In this document: positions 19,096 through 31,740 of the stretch, one piece after another | Layout of the letters: each line of letters begins with the position of its first letter | How positions within the stretch are numbered: the first letter of the stretch is position 1 | NCBI RefSeq assembly: GCF_004010195.1 | Contig: NC_057734.1 | Location: forward strand, 44,128,729 to 44,165,956 | Reading direction: 5' to 3' | DNA length: 37,228 bases | From: Chiloscyllium plagiosum | Lineage: Eukaryota | Made by a program: the position numbers and the translations under genes | The notes under the pieces: model-generated | What the model saw: only the letters and a program-made list of their open reading frames with translations | The model's database searches: none | What the model was told of the DNA's origin: nothing

Positions 19096-19912
19096 ATGAA
19101 TTATTGCTAATTAACTGTTCCAATATAGCAATTTCCCAAAAACACACCTTTGGCAAAGGCAAGTTCAGTACATTAGATTGTCTCACATGCAATTCTCAAG
19201 TAGGAGGAAAAACATTAAGAGAAAGCTCTGAGAGAGAGAGAGAGAGCAACACGGAGAGATGTACTGCAGCTTCTAAACCTGGCTTCAAGATCCCAACAAC
19301 TGTCACTGAAGGCTAAAACTATAAATAATGTTCTGGTTCTTTGGGAGCTTGACCTCACCATTTCAGGTTGCTTCTGTTGTTCCAACTTTAAAAACAACCA
19401 AAGATCTCACAAGGTTCAGTAAAAGGAGGCATGGGGTACATTAAGGCCAAATAAAGGGATTTTCACATAGAGGCACAGGACATAGCTGAGACATTCACAT
19501 TTGTTTACAAAGGAAGAAGATAATGGTGAAAGAGAAGATAATTCAGACACTTAAAATGATTCAGAATCAATAAGAAGGGGAAATTGAATAGGCAGACTAT
19601 CATGAACTTTGATATTGCACTGGAACAGTAATGATATATCCAAGGATAATGAAGGAAGTGAGAATCAAAATTGCTGAAGTTCTCATCATTTCAGTCTCTC
19701 TTAGTGTTCAATGGCTGAAGAATCAGAAATGTTCAAAATGGTTTTAAAACTAAGCCTGACACAGGCCATTCATTACCCACCACCAGCTCCTGTGTTGCAT
19801 GGATTTCTCCCTGCACCACAAACCCATTTTCAACTATTCACATTTCTTGCAACATCATGCACTGCATTTAGCATTCTCTTGGCTTATCCTCAGCTATCTC
19901 TTTAGTGCTTGG

Positions 19913-19919
<7 letters not shown>

Positions 19920-19949
<30 letters not shown>
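19920..19949 (+). repeat. (CT)n(GT)n microsatellite
   Basis: Direct reading; a (GA)n tract also occurs at about 19229-19245. Confidence 0.85.
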
Positions 19950-19950
<1 letters not shown>

Positions 19951-20124
19951 CTCTACCCCCATGTACTCAATTTCCAAGTTCCACCCTCACCCCATCATCA
20001 GCATTAATACCACCCTATCCCCTTTCCCTTGTTCTCATGCATGAGCTACAAAAGATTAGAGTGCATGGGACAGCACATAACCAAGAAGGCTGATGAGATG
20101 CTATCCTTTTTATGAGATGATATT

Positions 20125-21760
20125 TTTTATTCATTTGTGGGACTTGGGCATTGCTGGCTGGCCAGCATTGATAGCCCATAGCTTTTTGCCCATAAGAAGG
20201 TGGTGGTGAGATGCCTTTTTGAATCACTGCAGTCCACTTGCTGTATTCCAGTAAGGAGGGAGTTCCAGGATTTTGACCCAATGATTGTGAAGGAATGGCG
20301 GTATATTACCAAGTCAGGGTAATGAGTGGCTTGGAGGGGAGCTTGCTAGTGTGTTGTTCCCAAGTACCTTCTCCCTTTGTCCTTCTAGATGGAAGTGATC
20401 ATGGATTTGGAAGGTGCTGTCTAAGAATCTTTGGTGAATTTCTGCAGTGCATCTTGTAGACAGAACACACTGCTGCTACTGAGCACTGGTGCTGGAAGGA
20501 TTGAATGCTTGTAGATGCGGTGCCAATCAAGTGGTTTGCTTTGTCCTGAATGGTGTCAAGCCTTCTTGAGTGTTGATGGAGCTGCACCCAACCAGGCAAG
20601 TGGGGAGTATTCCATCACACTCCTGACTTGTGCCTTTAAGTGGTAGATAGACTTTGGGTGTCAGGAGGTAAGTTACTTGCTGCCATATCCGTAGTCTCTG
20701 ACTTGCTCTTGTAGCCACTGTGTTTATGTGGTGAATCCACATGAGTTTCTGGTCTATGGTAACCCCAAAGATGTTAACAGTGGGGGATTCAGTGATGGTA
20801 ATACCATTGAATGTCAAAGGGCAGTGGTTAGAGTGTCTCTTATTAGTGATGGTCATTGTCGGCATTTGTATGGCATGAATGTTCCTTGCCACTTGTCGGC
20901 CCAAGCCTGGATATTGCCTAGATCTTGTTGCATTTGAGCATGGACTGCTTCAGTATCTGAGGAGTGGTGAATGGTGCTGAACACCATGCAATCATTGATG
21001 AACATCCCCACTTCTAACCTTATGACAGAGGGAAGATCAACGACAAAGCAGCTGAAGATTGCTGGGCCTAGGACGCAGCCCTGAGGGATTCCTGCAGAAA
21101 TGTCCTGGAGGTGAGATGAGTGAGCCTCCACAACCACAACCATCTTCATTTGCTCCAGGTATGACTCCAACCAGAAGAGTCTTTTCCCCCCATACCCATT
21201 GATTCCAGTTTTGCCAGGGTTCCTTGATGCCATACTGGGCAAATGCCGCCTTAATGTCAAGGGCTGTCACTCTCACCTCACCGCTGGTATTCAACTCTTT
21301 TGTCCATGCTTGAACCAAGGCTGTAATGAGATCAGGAGCTGAGTGACCCTGGCGAAACCCAAAATAGGGGTCACTGGACAGGTTGTTGCTGAGCAGGTGC
21401 TTCTTGATAGGACTGTTGATGACCCCTACCATCATTTTGCTGTTTGGGTGGTAATTGGCTGGGTTGGATTTGTCCTGCTTTTTTGTGTACAGGACATTCC
21501 TGGGCAATTTTCCACATTGATGCTAGTGTTGTAATTTTACTAGAAGCATTTGGCTAGGTGAGTGGCAAGTACTGGAGCACATATATTCAGTACTATTGCT
21601 GGAATGTTATCAGGGCCCATTGCCTTTGCTGTATACAGTACCTCCTTGGTATCACGTGGAGTGAATCAAATTGACTGGAGACTGGTATCTGTGATACTGG
21701 GGACCAGTGGAGGAGTCCAAGATGGATCATCCACTTGGCACTTCTGACTGAAGATTTTTG
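20125..21760 (-). mobile_element. Frameshifted L2/CR1-group LINE, RT domain to 3' end
   Basis: DKSNPANYHP, FGFRQGHSAPDL, ALDIKAAF, WLESYL, GIPQGCVLGP, MFINDC, QQDLGNIQAWADKW, GVTIDQKL in successive frames; A-rich 3' end at about 20125. Confidence 0.85.
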
Positions 21761-21789
21761 CAATTGTTGAACATACAATTAAGGGTAGG

Positions 21790-21940
21790 TGTTGCTGGAG
21801 AACTTCAGAATGTCTGGCAGCATGTGTGGAGAGATAACTGAGTTAACATTTCAGGTCAGAAGAACCTGTCATCTGATGAATGGTTATTGGACTTGAAATG
21901 ACACTTCTTATTTTCTCTCAGGATGCTGAATGACTTGGGA
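21790..21940. mobile_element. Inverted pair of Penelope-type terminal repeats fused at the hammerhead core
   Basis: Centre TCATC-T-GATGA; + strand CTGATGA(21873)..GAAA(21895); - strand CAGATGA-CAGGTTCTTCTGACCT-GAAA. Confidence 0.6.
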
Positions 21941-21944
21941 AGCA

Positions 21945-22325
21945 ATTTGCAGGTGGTGGTGTTCCCAAACATCTGCAGTCCTCATCCTTTCTATTTTGGT
22001 GGAAGTAGTCATGAGTTTGGAAGTTAATCTCTGAGCAGACTTGGTGAATTTCTGCAGGCAGCTTGAAGATGCTACACATTGCTGCAACTGAGCATAGGTG
22101 GTGGAGGGAGAAGATGTAGAGCCAATAATGGAGGCATCCTTTGGCCTGCATAGTGTCAAGTGAGTCATTGGAGTTGCACTCTTCCAGGCAAGATGGGAGT
22201 ATTCCACCATGCTTGTTCTTGTGCCTTGTGGCCAAGCTGTGGGGAGTCAGGAGGTGAGTTACTCTTAGCCTCTAATCTGTTGTTGGAGCCATTGTAATTA
22301 TATAGTCCCGTTCAGTTTTTGGTCA
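21945..22325 (-). mobile_element. Second fragment related to the 20125-21760 LINE
   Basis: Parallels 20400-20760 (TTGGTGAATTTCTGCAG, CAGGCAAG.TGGGAGTATTCCA, GTCAGGAGGTGAGTTACT). Confidence 0.65.
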
Positions 22326-22329
22326 ATTT

Positions 22330-23338
22330 TCTTTTTATTTCAAAAATATTCCCTATTCATAATAGAATCATTACATTGTTTACGTAGTCACTCGAGCTAT
22401 TTGACACTATATTATTTACATATGGAGAACTGATAAATATTGGAGTGTGACCTTACTGGTAGTTACAGCAAACAAGCCCAAGGGATTTCCTAAATATGTG
22501 AGGTACTATTTATATATATTAGAGGCATTGGGAGAGTCCAGTAACTGAGTGTACCCCCTCTCATTGTACTTTGGCCGAAAAACCTCACTCAGTGTTTTTC
22601 TCCCACTGTGCCTTGGCATCGGTTGCCCCAAGCTTCAGTGCATCCCTCAGCACGTAGTCCTGGACCTTGGAATGTACAACACTCAGTCAAGGTCGCCTTA
22701 TTGGAAAACCAACCAGTTTGAAACAGAGCAAAGAGTGTCTTTCACAGAGTTTATGGTCTTCCAGGTGCAGTTGATGTTTGTCTCAGTGTATGTCCCAGGG
22801 ATAGAGTACAGAGTCCTGTCTCACGCAGTGGCTTGGGATAAACTCCGACAAAAATCAGTGCAGCTCTCTCAGATCTTCTTTGAAAAGGCATATTCCAGTA
22901 GGAGAGGTGTGACAGTCTCCCCCCTTGCCCCCTACTCCTGCAGCTGGCTCAAATGCAGCTGGCAGCGACACACAAAATGCAGGCACACATGAAAGAGCTA
23001 ACAAATAGTGCTCTTCTCACCACCAGCCATTTGATGTCTTAGTGCTTATTGGAAAGTTCTGGCAATGAGCATTCTGCCAATGACTTTGACAGTCTGATCA
23101 GGGAACCACCCAACAGGATCCACCTCATTTTCCTAGAGGGTCTCCAGGATGCTATCTGCTGACCATTTCCTGATGAATTTGTGGTCTGGGGTGTTTTTAG
23201 TTGTGAATTTCTCCATGAAGGAGAGGTGATACACAACGGTCCAACTATTTAGTATGTTCCATGGTTCAGAGGCCAGACCCATTCTACCTAACACCAGGGA
23301 CAAGTAGAACTTCAGTATATAGTGACACTTGGTATTTG
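22330..23338 (-). mobile_element. Decayed L1/Tx1-clade LINE 3' fragment
   Basis: T-rich tail on + at about 22327-22340; ORF2 C-terminal-like frames (NTKCHYILKFYLS..WTVVYHLSFMEKF); ends at a small CR1 tail (about 23339-23380). Confidence 0.5.
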
Positions 23339-23668
23339 TCATAGAGTCATAGAGATGTACAGCATGGAAACAGACCCTTCACAAAGGTAGCCACTAGGAT
23401 GAGGGAAACTTTGGGTACATGCTTATCTCCTTTTCCAGAATTTTTTGCATGGAAACTTTGAACGCACACATTTTTTCCAAAATTCACTGATATGTCAACA
23501 TCTGAAGGACAGTCTCAAAGCAACACCAGGTGACTGAATTCTAAACCGACCATAGGGTTCTTGTGCTGCAGTGGTAGTGTCAAGTTCCACCTAGTCCAGA
23601 AGTGCGTAGCATCACGTCCGAACCAGTGATGAGAATTTATCTTTCACGCTGTGTCATACATCATTCCA

Positions 23669-23682
23669 GCACCAGAGGGCAA
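23669..23682 (+). promoter_or_regulatory. CTCF-like motif GCACCAGAGGGCAA
   Basis: Good match to the CTCF core, same orientation as the 26373 site. Confidence 0.4.
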
Positions 23683-24289
23683 TATTGCGCCACATACATT
23701 TGTTCCACAGCGAACCGAACGCTCTCTCTCAACAGAAATTTCTAACCGGAACATTCGACGGTGAAATAAAGCCTATTTCAATCAAAATATAAACAAATAA
23801 AGACAATTGTATTCAAATTAAGCATCATTACTCACATAAGACCTTAAACGCCTCATTTTTAAAATCACGTCCCGATTGCTTATTTGCCTGAGAGGGAGAT
23901 AATCTGTCGCCTTGGGTTTCCTCAAAGACCGTCCATCCGGTCCGCCACGCTGCTCCAGCCTAGTGGCCGTACATTACTCGGAAGGAAGGTCAGCGGTGAA
24001 CATAGCATCTGATCCCCTGCTGCCCGTCGCCTCCACTTTTGTTTTCCCCATGACTAGCTACCGCCGCCTATATTTCTCCCCCTGTGCCCTTCGTATTCCT
24101 GTTCCCTTCAGGTGTTCCGGCCAAGCATAAACAGTGAAAAGCAGGCAGTGCCATCTCATTGACATTAGTCGTTGAATATTTGCCTTTTAGCACGCAGTAG
24201 CCCGAGCATCAGACAGTTTGATAGCCCAGATTCAGCGTAATTTGAGATAAGAAAACAGCAGAGCGTGTAGAAGGAGGAAAAATAGGGAG

Positions 24290-24510
24290 CGAATATTTTT
24301 CTATGATCGCAAATGTACTGGCTAACAGATGGTGAAGAGCATCCAATAATAACTTAAAGTGGACAATAGCCAAATACCTGAACGTAGGGGATATGGGAGG
24401 AAATGGATAAACAGAGGAGCTGGGGCTCTAACTGGATAGCTCTTTCACAGAGCCGAGACACGGAAGATGAGCGAATTGGGCCCCCTCTGTCCAGAATCAC
24501 TGCATGATCA
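24290..24510 (+). mobile_element. Decayed CR1 3' end
   Basis: AACTGGATAGCTCTTTCACAGAGCCGAGACACGGAAGATGAGCGAATTGGCC resembles a CR1 3'UTR. Confidence 0.5.
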
Positions 24511-26372
24511 AATGTCCCTTGAGAAATTACCTTCTACAATGACATGCCATGACTGTGCAATGATAATGCAATACATGTTACAAAGACGGTTAATATGGCA
24601 AATTAAAATGGACACATTCATGCAGAATTTCACCCCCAGAAGGCTCGCCACCCATGTTGGTTAACTGTCGCCAGAAACGGAGACCCACAGCTGTGTTACT
24701 TCGGCATTAATCAGAATGGGAGACATTTGGAATTCCATTAACACCTGGTCAATACAATGGGCCTTCCCAAAAGTGTAGGCTTTCAAATCTTCTGAGAAAA
24801 TCTCCGGGACGGCCAAAAGGATACACAGGAACTCTGGAGCAAGGATTCATTGAAGTTAGCATAGCATCCACCTTAAATTTAGATCTGTATCAGACAGATA
24901 CAGATTTTAGTCAGACTTCCAAGAAGAACTGTGAGAGACACCATCCGGGAGACACATCAGGGAGAGACCTGGGTCTCAACAGGGAATCGAAGGAAGGCAA
25001 TCCAATGAAAGGATTGTTGTAGTGAATCAGGCTACTAAAAGTCACAATGTGCAATGCCAGAAAGCAAGATCAAGGAGCCTGCACTCGGGCCCAAAAATTG
25101 GTCTGCTCAGTGCATCAATGGGAGAAGCTTCCGACTATTCAACTACAAACGGCATTGCATTTGGTGATCACTTTTCCAAACCTTTCACCTCAGAAAGAGC
25201 AATCTTCAAACTAAGAACATATCTGTAACGTAACAGATTGGCCTTACTTTTATCCTATAAGTATCTTCTGAGCTGTACATACATTTATACCATTGTACCA
25301 GAATTTTGTCACTAGTTATTACATTTTACGAAGTAACTTCAAGCACCCGTTTGCTCATAACGTGATCAGTGTCTTGTTTTTTCAAATTAAAAAAAAATAA
25401 TTTTTTCCCCTGGTTCATTTTTTCTTTTTTTTCTTTTCCCAGCACCCATGTTGTGTGTGTGCAGATGTGAGACAGTGAAGGACTGTCAAATCTTTATTCA
25501 GTTTCCGCCACCTGGAATGGCCAGTGACAAGCAGTACCCTTCTCAGACGGCAATGCTGCGTGATCAAATAGTGAGGGAGAGGGCAGGGATCAAATCAAAA
25601 TAGAGTTGGAGGGGAAGATAATACACTCCAATCCCATCACCATCTTGTTTGGTTTTAAAGCTTTGCTGCTATTCCTTATTTTATAATTGAAACATTCGAA
25701 GAAACTAATTTGGGTTGAACGAGCTGCACAAACTTGCTGGTCTCTGAACATGCTGCAGATATGCCTGTTATGGTCATTGTAGATAGAATCTTTCGTTCTT
25801 CCTTTTCTGCATACCTTTCAGTTGGACAATGTAAATGTTACTTCTTTCAGTTGTTCGTAGACATTATATTCGTGTCATAAATTATCATGGGGTCATCGAA
25901 ATAGTAAGAGTTCAAAACAGTCAATTCAGATGTTTATTGAGCCCATTCTGGACTCTATAGAAGAATCCACCTGGTCACTTTCCCCCAACATCTTCCCCTT
26001 GCCCTGAAAATGTCTGACTCGTTGGTACATAGCTTTATTGACTGTTCTCATTCCAATCTCTTCACTCACACATAGAAAAACCTCTTTACTCACATCTTCG
26101 TATTAGATCTTACCACAACCTCTAAAGTTGTGTTCTCTACTTTTTTCTATCATCAATTAACGGCGACAATCATCATTTGCCTACTTTATCTAAACTTGCC
26201 ATTATCCTGTACATTTTCTTGTACAAATCGCATCTCTTTCCAGTTTCTGAACTTGATGAAACCCAATAATCCGTCTGTTTGTCTGGGGATGGGCAGCAAA
26301 TGCCGGCAGTGCCACCGAGGTCTAAATCCCTCAAGGTAATAAAACATACATTAACATAACTCTAATATTAAA

Positions 26373-26386
26373 CCGCCAGGGGGCAG
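26373..26386 (+). promoter_or_regulatory. CTCF-like motif CCGCCAGGGGGCAG
   Basis: Close match to the CTCF core consensus, standing out from AT-rich flanking sequence. Confidence 0.5.
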
Positions 26387-27691
26387 ATCTGGGAATTCTG
26401 AGGCGGTCCGGAAGAGCTGGCAGTGCACATCAATGTCACAAGCAATTTCCAGCGGGGTTATTCCCTAATTGTAGACTTGCAGAGAATTATAACCTTTTCA
26501 TACTTTAACCACTGCTTTACAAGAAACTATCAAATCGAGCAAGCGATTGGTATTGTCAACTGAAGCTTGTAAAGCATGAGGCAGAGACATGAAACTATGA
26601 CAGCTCGGTCTCAACACATGATATTCCATCGGGTGATATTTCGTGGTTGCTATCATGGGAACGTTTGTTTGTAAAAATAGGGAAGTAGGAACGAACTTAC
26701 GTTCGTATAGCGCCGACCACGGTCTTGGGACATCCGGGGACACTTGCCGATTGCATCCTGTTTGGAAGGAAAGCCAGGATGGTGACAGAAGAAACATGGA
26801 AGCTTTTGTTTCTCCCTCAGCAAGGCCTTTCAAACACAGATGATCAGTTAAGTTGTCCAAAGGAATTTTGAGGGTGCTATTGTGATATTATTGTATAATA
26901 GAGATGCATTGGTTTTCAAACAACCACTATTTAGAGGTACTGGGTTTCTGTTCAATTAGAAGGTGTGACACTGTGGTCGCAACGCCGTTCCCAAGCAGTG
27001 CATTTTGAATATGCTAGAACAGTCTTCTCAAGGTTAACAGAATAGATGACAATGAAGTGTGGGCTGGGAATATTGTGGGGAATCTCGTGGGGCCGAACAA
27101 AGCAGCAAAATGGGTTATAAAGCAATGTAACTATGGGGCCAATTTGTAACACTTCCATGAATCGAATGTTTTTGAGTTAAATATTGCAGCATGTTTCCTG
27201 TTAGCATTAGTTTATGCCAAACTCCAATGTATTGCGTGTTATATTTAGTTTAAGTATGCAGTTTATTTAGCGCCCTTGTACTTCAATTTGATTGAATTTT
27301 CTCTCCAGATTATCCATGCGTGTCTTGCCATATTAAAAATGAGAATACTGTCTTAGGTTAGGGCTTGTTAGCATGGTCAGCCGCAATGGTCGCATTATTA
27401 ACCCAGACGTCGCTCAGCTCAACTAAGTTCCTCAGACGTTTGCCGAGTGACATAAAAGCTTCAGTATTTGAAAAATGTGAGACGTTGGTTCCGACCTGTA
27501 TACTAATTAATAATTGGATATTCTGAGACTGATTTCTATTTTTCAGATCCGCAGGGCTCCATTCTTCCACCTTTATTGTTTCAAATCACACAGAAGAACA
27601 CGGTGTGTTTGGTGAGCTGTTTTAACTCGGGCGCAGTGGAGATTGTAGATGGCAGTATCGGGGGAATGGTGTAGAGACCAGTCGAATCCAG

Positions 27692-27817
27692 TCCTGATGA
27701 AGTGCTTTTGCCCGAGACGTCGATTTTCCTGCTCCTCAGATGCTGCCTCACCTGCTGTGCATTTCCAGCACCACTCTAGACTCTGATTTCCAGCATCTGC
27801 AGTCCTCACTTTTGCCC
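27692..27817 (+). mobile_element. Penelope-type terminal repeat with a near-intact minimal hammerhead ribozyme motif
   Basis: CTGATGA(27694-27700) A GTGC-TTTT-GCCC GAGAC GTC, followed by the same body as 11971-12052 and 1-75. Confidence 0.75.
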
Positions 27818-30800
27818 AGCAGGAGACAGCCAACACGTTCCCTGTGAGCCCAAAAAGCGAATAGATATCATGAAGTCGAACTGTGCTTGATTGAAACAGC
27901 TCATGTTTTGATTATTTTATGCGAGCTGCAAATTTTCTTTAAAATTGACCATGTTGTAAAGTAGACCATTTCAAACGCGACAGTTTGCAGTTTGTTAGTG
28001 GAGTCGAGCTGTGTGCATTTTACAGTGTGTTCATGCTGACTGGGTCAACATATCAACATGCAAATACTGGCAGTTTAATACAAATGAGTATTCGTTGTCC
28101 CAGCGGTTGTTAGAATTTTCTGTGTACGACAGATGATGCCATTCACAGTAATGTCTAATTGTGGCGACTCGTGAAGCTTAATTTTTGGAACATTTTGCGC
28201 ATTTTATTATGTAATTGCTCTCAGTCGTCATAGTTGATTACTTTCAACATATTTTCAAAGACAGAGCTATCTCTATCTTTTGTGATGCAGTGGCAGCGTT
28301 CCTACCTCTGGGTTAGAAGGCCCAGCTTTAATTTCCACCTGACCATCTCTGAATAGATTGTTTAGAAAATATCTCCAAGTTAGACCTGGTTAAATCTTAT
28401 CCTTATGGAATCAGGGGTCAACCTTTTCTCCAGATTTAGCACAGGAATTCACAACCCTTAATACCAATGCTCTGGGCATCAAGGACCACGGGCAGTGCAG
28501 TTTTTGGTGCTGCAGTTTGATTATCTCTCAAAGTTATCCAATGACTTTAATTGATCAGTTTTGCCTGTTTTGAAGCAGGTACTTTTAGTGGTATATCATC
28601 AGGTCATAAGCTCTGTCTGGATGAATTGATCCGGCAGGGTGTCGGGTGTACATCAAGAGCATTCAGTTGCGTCAGTAGTGCAGCCAGAGTGGTCACAGAA
28701 ATCGCTGAAAACAATTTACAAGAAATGACATTTCCAGCACTTAACTCTATTGGGAAACTTAAAATAACAGATTATTTAAGTTTAGGCAGTAATTGTTCCT
28801 GTATGGTAACAGCCCATAAACATACCCTTGAAAAAGGCAAATCCAGAAAAATAGATTGCCCCACATGCAGTTCTCCTGAAATCAGATCCACTATTCCAGG
28901 AATCATCACAATTTTGAAATGATTTAATTAAACAATCCAAAACCCCCTGTTTACTTGACTGATTAACTCAGGTTAAACGAAAACACTTACAAAGTTTCTA
29001 TACCTGGCAACAAAAATAATTTCATTATGAAAAAAAGTATTTTACCATAGGCAATTAGAATCTAGAACTACAAACGTACAGAAGCTAAGTCAGTGCTGAC
29101 ATGATGGACTGAAGGGCCTCTCTGTACTGCATGACTCTATAAGTTAAACTGTACCCCTTTAAAATTCCTTCTTTTACGTATAAACAAAGACATGGATACT
29201 CATGGTCGAAAAGGAAAGAAAAATTCAAGGAAAATTATTTAATAGCATGAGACTGGGCCACAGAGGAGTTGATGAGTGATGTTATTTCAGTTTCTTTAAA
29301 TTCCTCTTCAATCTCTGCTGTTAACAGAAGGCTTTTGGACACTGATGCCCTCCTTCATTCATTTGTGGTGAAACACCCTTTCACTGTCTTTAAAATGTTT
29401 TATTCATCCTTCAAAATTGTGGATTTGCAGAGTAAGGCAAATATAAGTTACTATTGGAGACTTCCAGGTACCTCCACACAGGATAGATTATTTGACATTT
29501 TCTCTTTCTCAATGAGATGATTCTCTGCTGTACTAACGCCACTAGCCATGGCCATCTGATCAGGGCCCAGCCAAACAGCTGTCCCTTATTTAGAAGCCAG
29601 CAGCTCCATGCAGTCTGATTTTGCTTTCAATCCCAGGGAAATACAGCTTTAGAATTTGTGTACAATGTGCTCCAGTAAACATAATTTTTAAAAATAGACT
29701 GACCTTGTTGCACAGTCTCCTTGCTAAAAAGTACCAACTTCCTGTTTTGGTCCACAGACCAAAACTAAGGGCAACAAAAACATATGATCTTGAATTAATA
29801 TGATTCACACGGGGCATGAAGTCTTGGCGAAGTACTGTGCTGACAGATCAAAATGCACAGAAGTTCCCATGTATTACTTCAAAATGCAGCTACATGTTTG
29901 GGTGAGGAGCAAATTGCTCAACTTACATTATTCTAGAGAACGAAAATATTGTGAAGAAAGAACCAGGATTGCATTTGCATTGGGAATGGAACAGGGAAGA
30001 TTAATTGATCAGGCAATTTCTGGGATGTGTAAGGATAGCTCTTTTTGACAGCAGGAATTGACATCAGGGAGATGCTGTAGTATGGAATCATTAGGGAAGA
30101 TAGCTGTCAATCATAGATGCTGGAAGGTCCATGAGTGTGACAACATTGATATGAACACATGATCTCAATGACACAAAGATCAACAAAATGGTTACAATGT
30201 CAGCTATGCTTCAGTTTGCAGCACTCAGACCTCAAAGTTAAAAGGCTATAGATTAAGCCTCATCCCATAACTGGAACAGAAAAACGCTGATGCTTAACGA
30301 TGCCATACTGAAGTTATAAAAAAAAGAATTGTGCTAGAAAAAAAAGGGAAAAAGCAGTCAATGAAAAACGTACAACAAGTTCCTGGTATATACAACACTT
30401 TTAGTACAATTAAAGATAACTCAGTTGATGAGGACGTGTGTGTTTTTGAATGTTATACCTACTGTTTTGCGTTAACAAGTCAGCTTTCAATCTAATTTCA
30501 CACCATTTACATGGCTGCACCACTTTGCATGGATTGCATGATGTTGTACATCACCTAAATTTTGAAAAGTTGTGAAGACCTTATAACTATTTTCCATTCT
30601 ACATGGTGCTTTTCTATGAAACACAAATCATTTACCTGACTTTATGGCACTTACTAAACACTGAAGAAAAAATATGCACTCTTTGAAAAAGGCAACGTAC
30701 TTACATGCAATAATATTTGAGAAAATTTGAGCTGATGTGTCAATATCTGATATCACATCCCTAAGATAAAAATGTTCTAACACTGTATTAGTTGATTTAA

Positions 30801-31740
30801 ATCTTAACAGCCAGAAGTAATGTATGATATATTTTCAGAAACTGGGTATGCATTATAATGGTCAAGAGAGATGACAGTAACTGCAACAGCTCACAGTGAA
30901 GAGATAATGAATAGCTTGGCTCAAAGGTGTTGACATTCAGCGATAATGATGGACGAAATTCTTCTCACATAGGTTTCCAAGGGCAGTAGATTTTGAACAT
31001 ACATGGTTTAGCAGCAACAATTAAGCCAATTTCTAGTGAAAAGATCGATTTTAAACAGTGATCAACAAATCATAATATGGTCGATATACCAAATTTCCTG
31101 TCAAAGCCTGAACTTACTGTTGGTCAGAGCAGCGACAATCAATTTGTCTTCCTGTGCAAAAAAGGTTACAGCAATGGAAATAACCACGCTTTCTCTATGG
31201 AGAACAATGCTACATCAATTCAGGGGACTGATCTTTCGAATGTATGTTATACTACCTCCGTCACATTAAAAACAATGTGTTATTCTAAAAGGTAAAATAG
31301 CTTGACATAATGTTCTTTAAACCCAAAAGATGCCCTCCACGGGATGATCTTAAATTACAATGCAAGTGCACGCCAAGGTATGATCAGAGGAATGTTGCAT
31401 TTGCATAATGTACATAATATTTTCACTGAACAAGATCACACATTTTGCAACTGGAATCAGACAGGACACCTAAATAAATTCAGACCCCTTATTTCCAGTC
31501 CAATTTGTTCTTTTCTATGTCAGCCTCAAATCTTACTCCAGGATATTGAGCTGTCAGTCCTGCCCCACCATCAACTGTCTCAATTATATTAATTATATCA
31601 TGTCTCCAAATATTAATCAATACCCTAATCTCCTCAGCGTAACTCACACGTCTCCTTGCATTAAAAAATGCGAACGTTTGCCGTGCTTTCTTGTGCCTTC
31701 ACTTGAGTATATATGATTTTCTTTCCAGACCGATTTATTT

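Noticed and set aside
24600-25350. Possible solo LTR (similar impression at 19100-19400 and 28780-29580)
   Set aside because: I could not establish TG..CA ends, target duplications or a second copy.
26498-26860. 120-aa minus ORF with a GTAAGT donor near 26700
   Set aside because: No domain similarity; the donor lies in a stretch resembling an old SINE/LINE tail.
30892-30898. Isolated RSS heptamers (also CACTGTG at 10365)
   Set aside because: No nonamer at 12 or 23 nt and no adjacent V or J.
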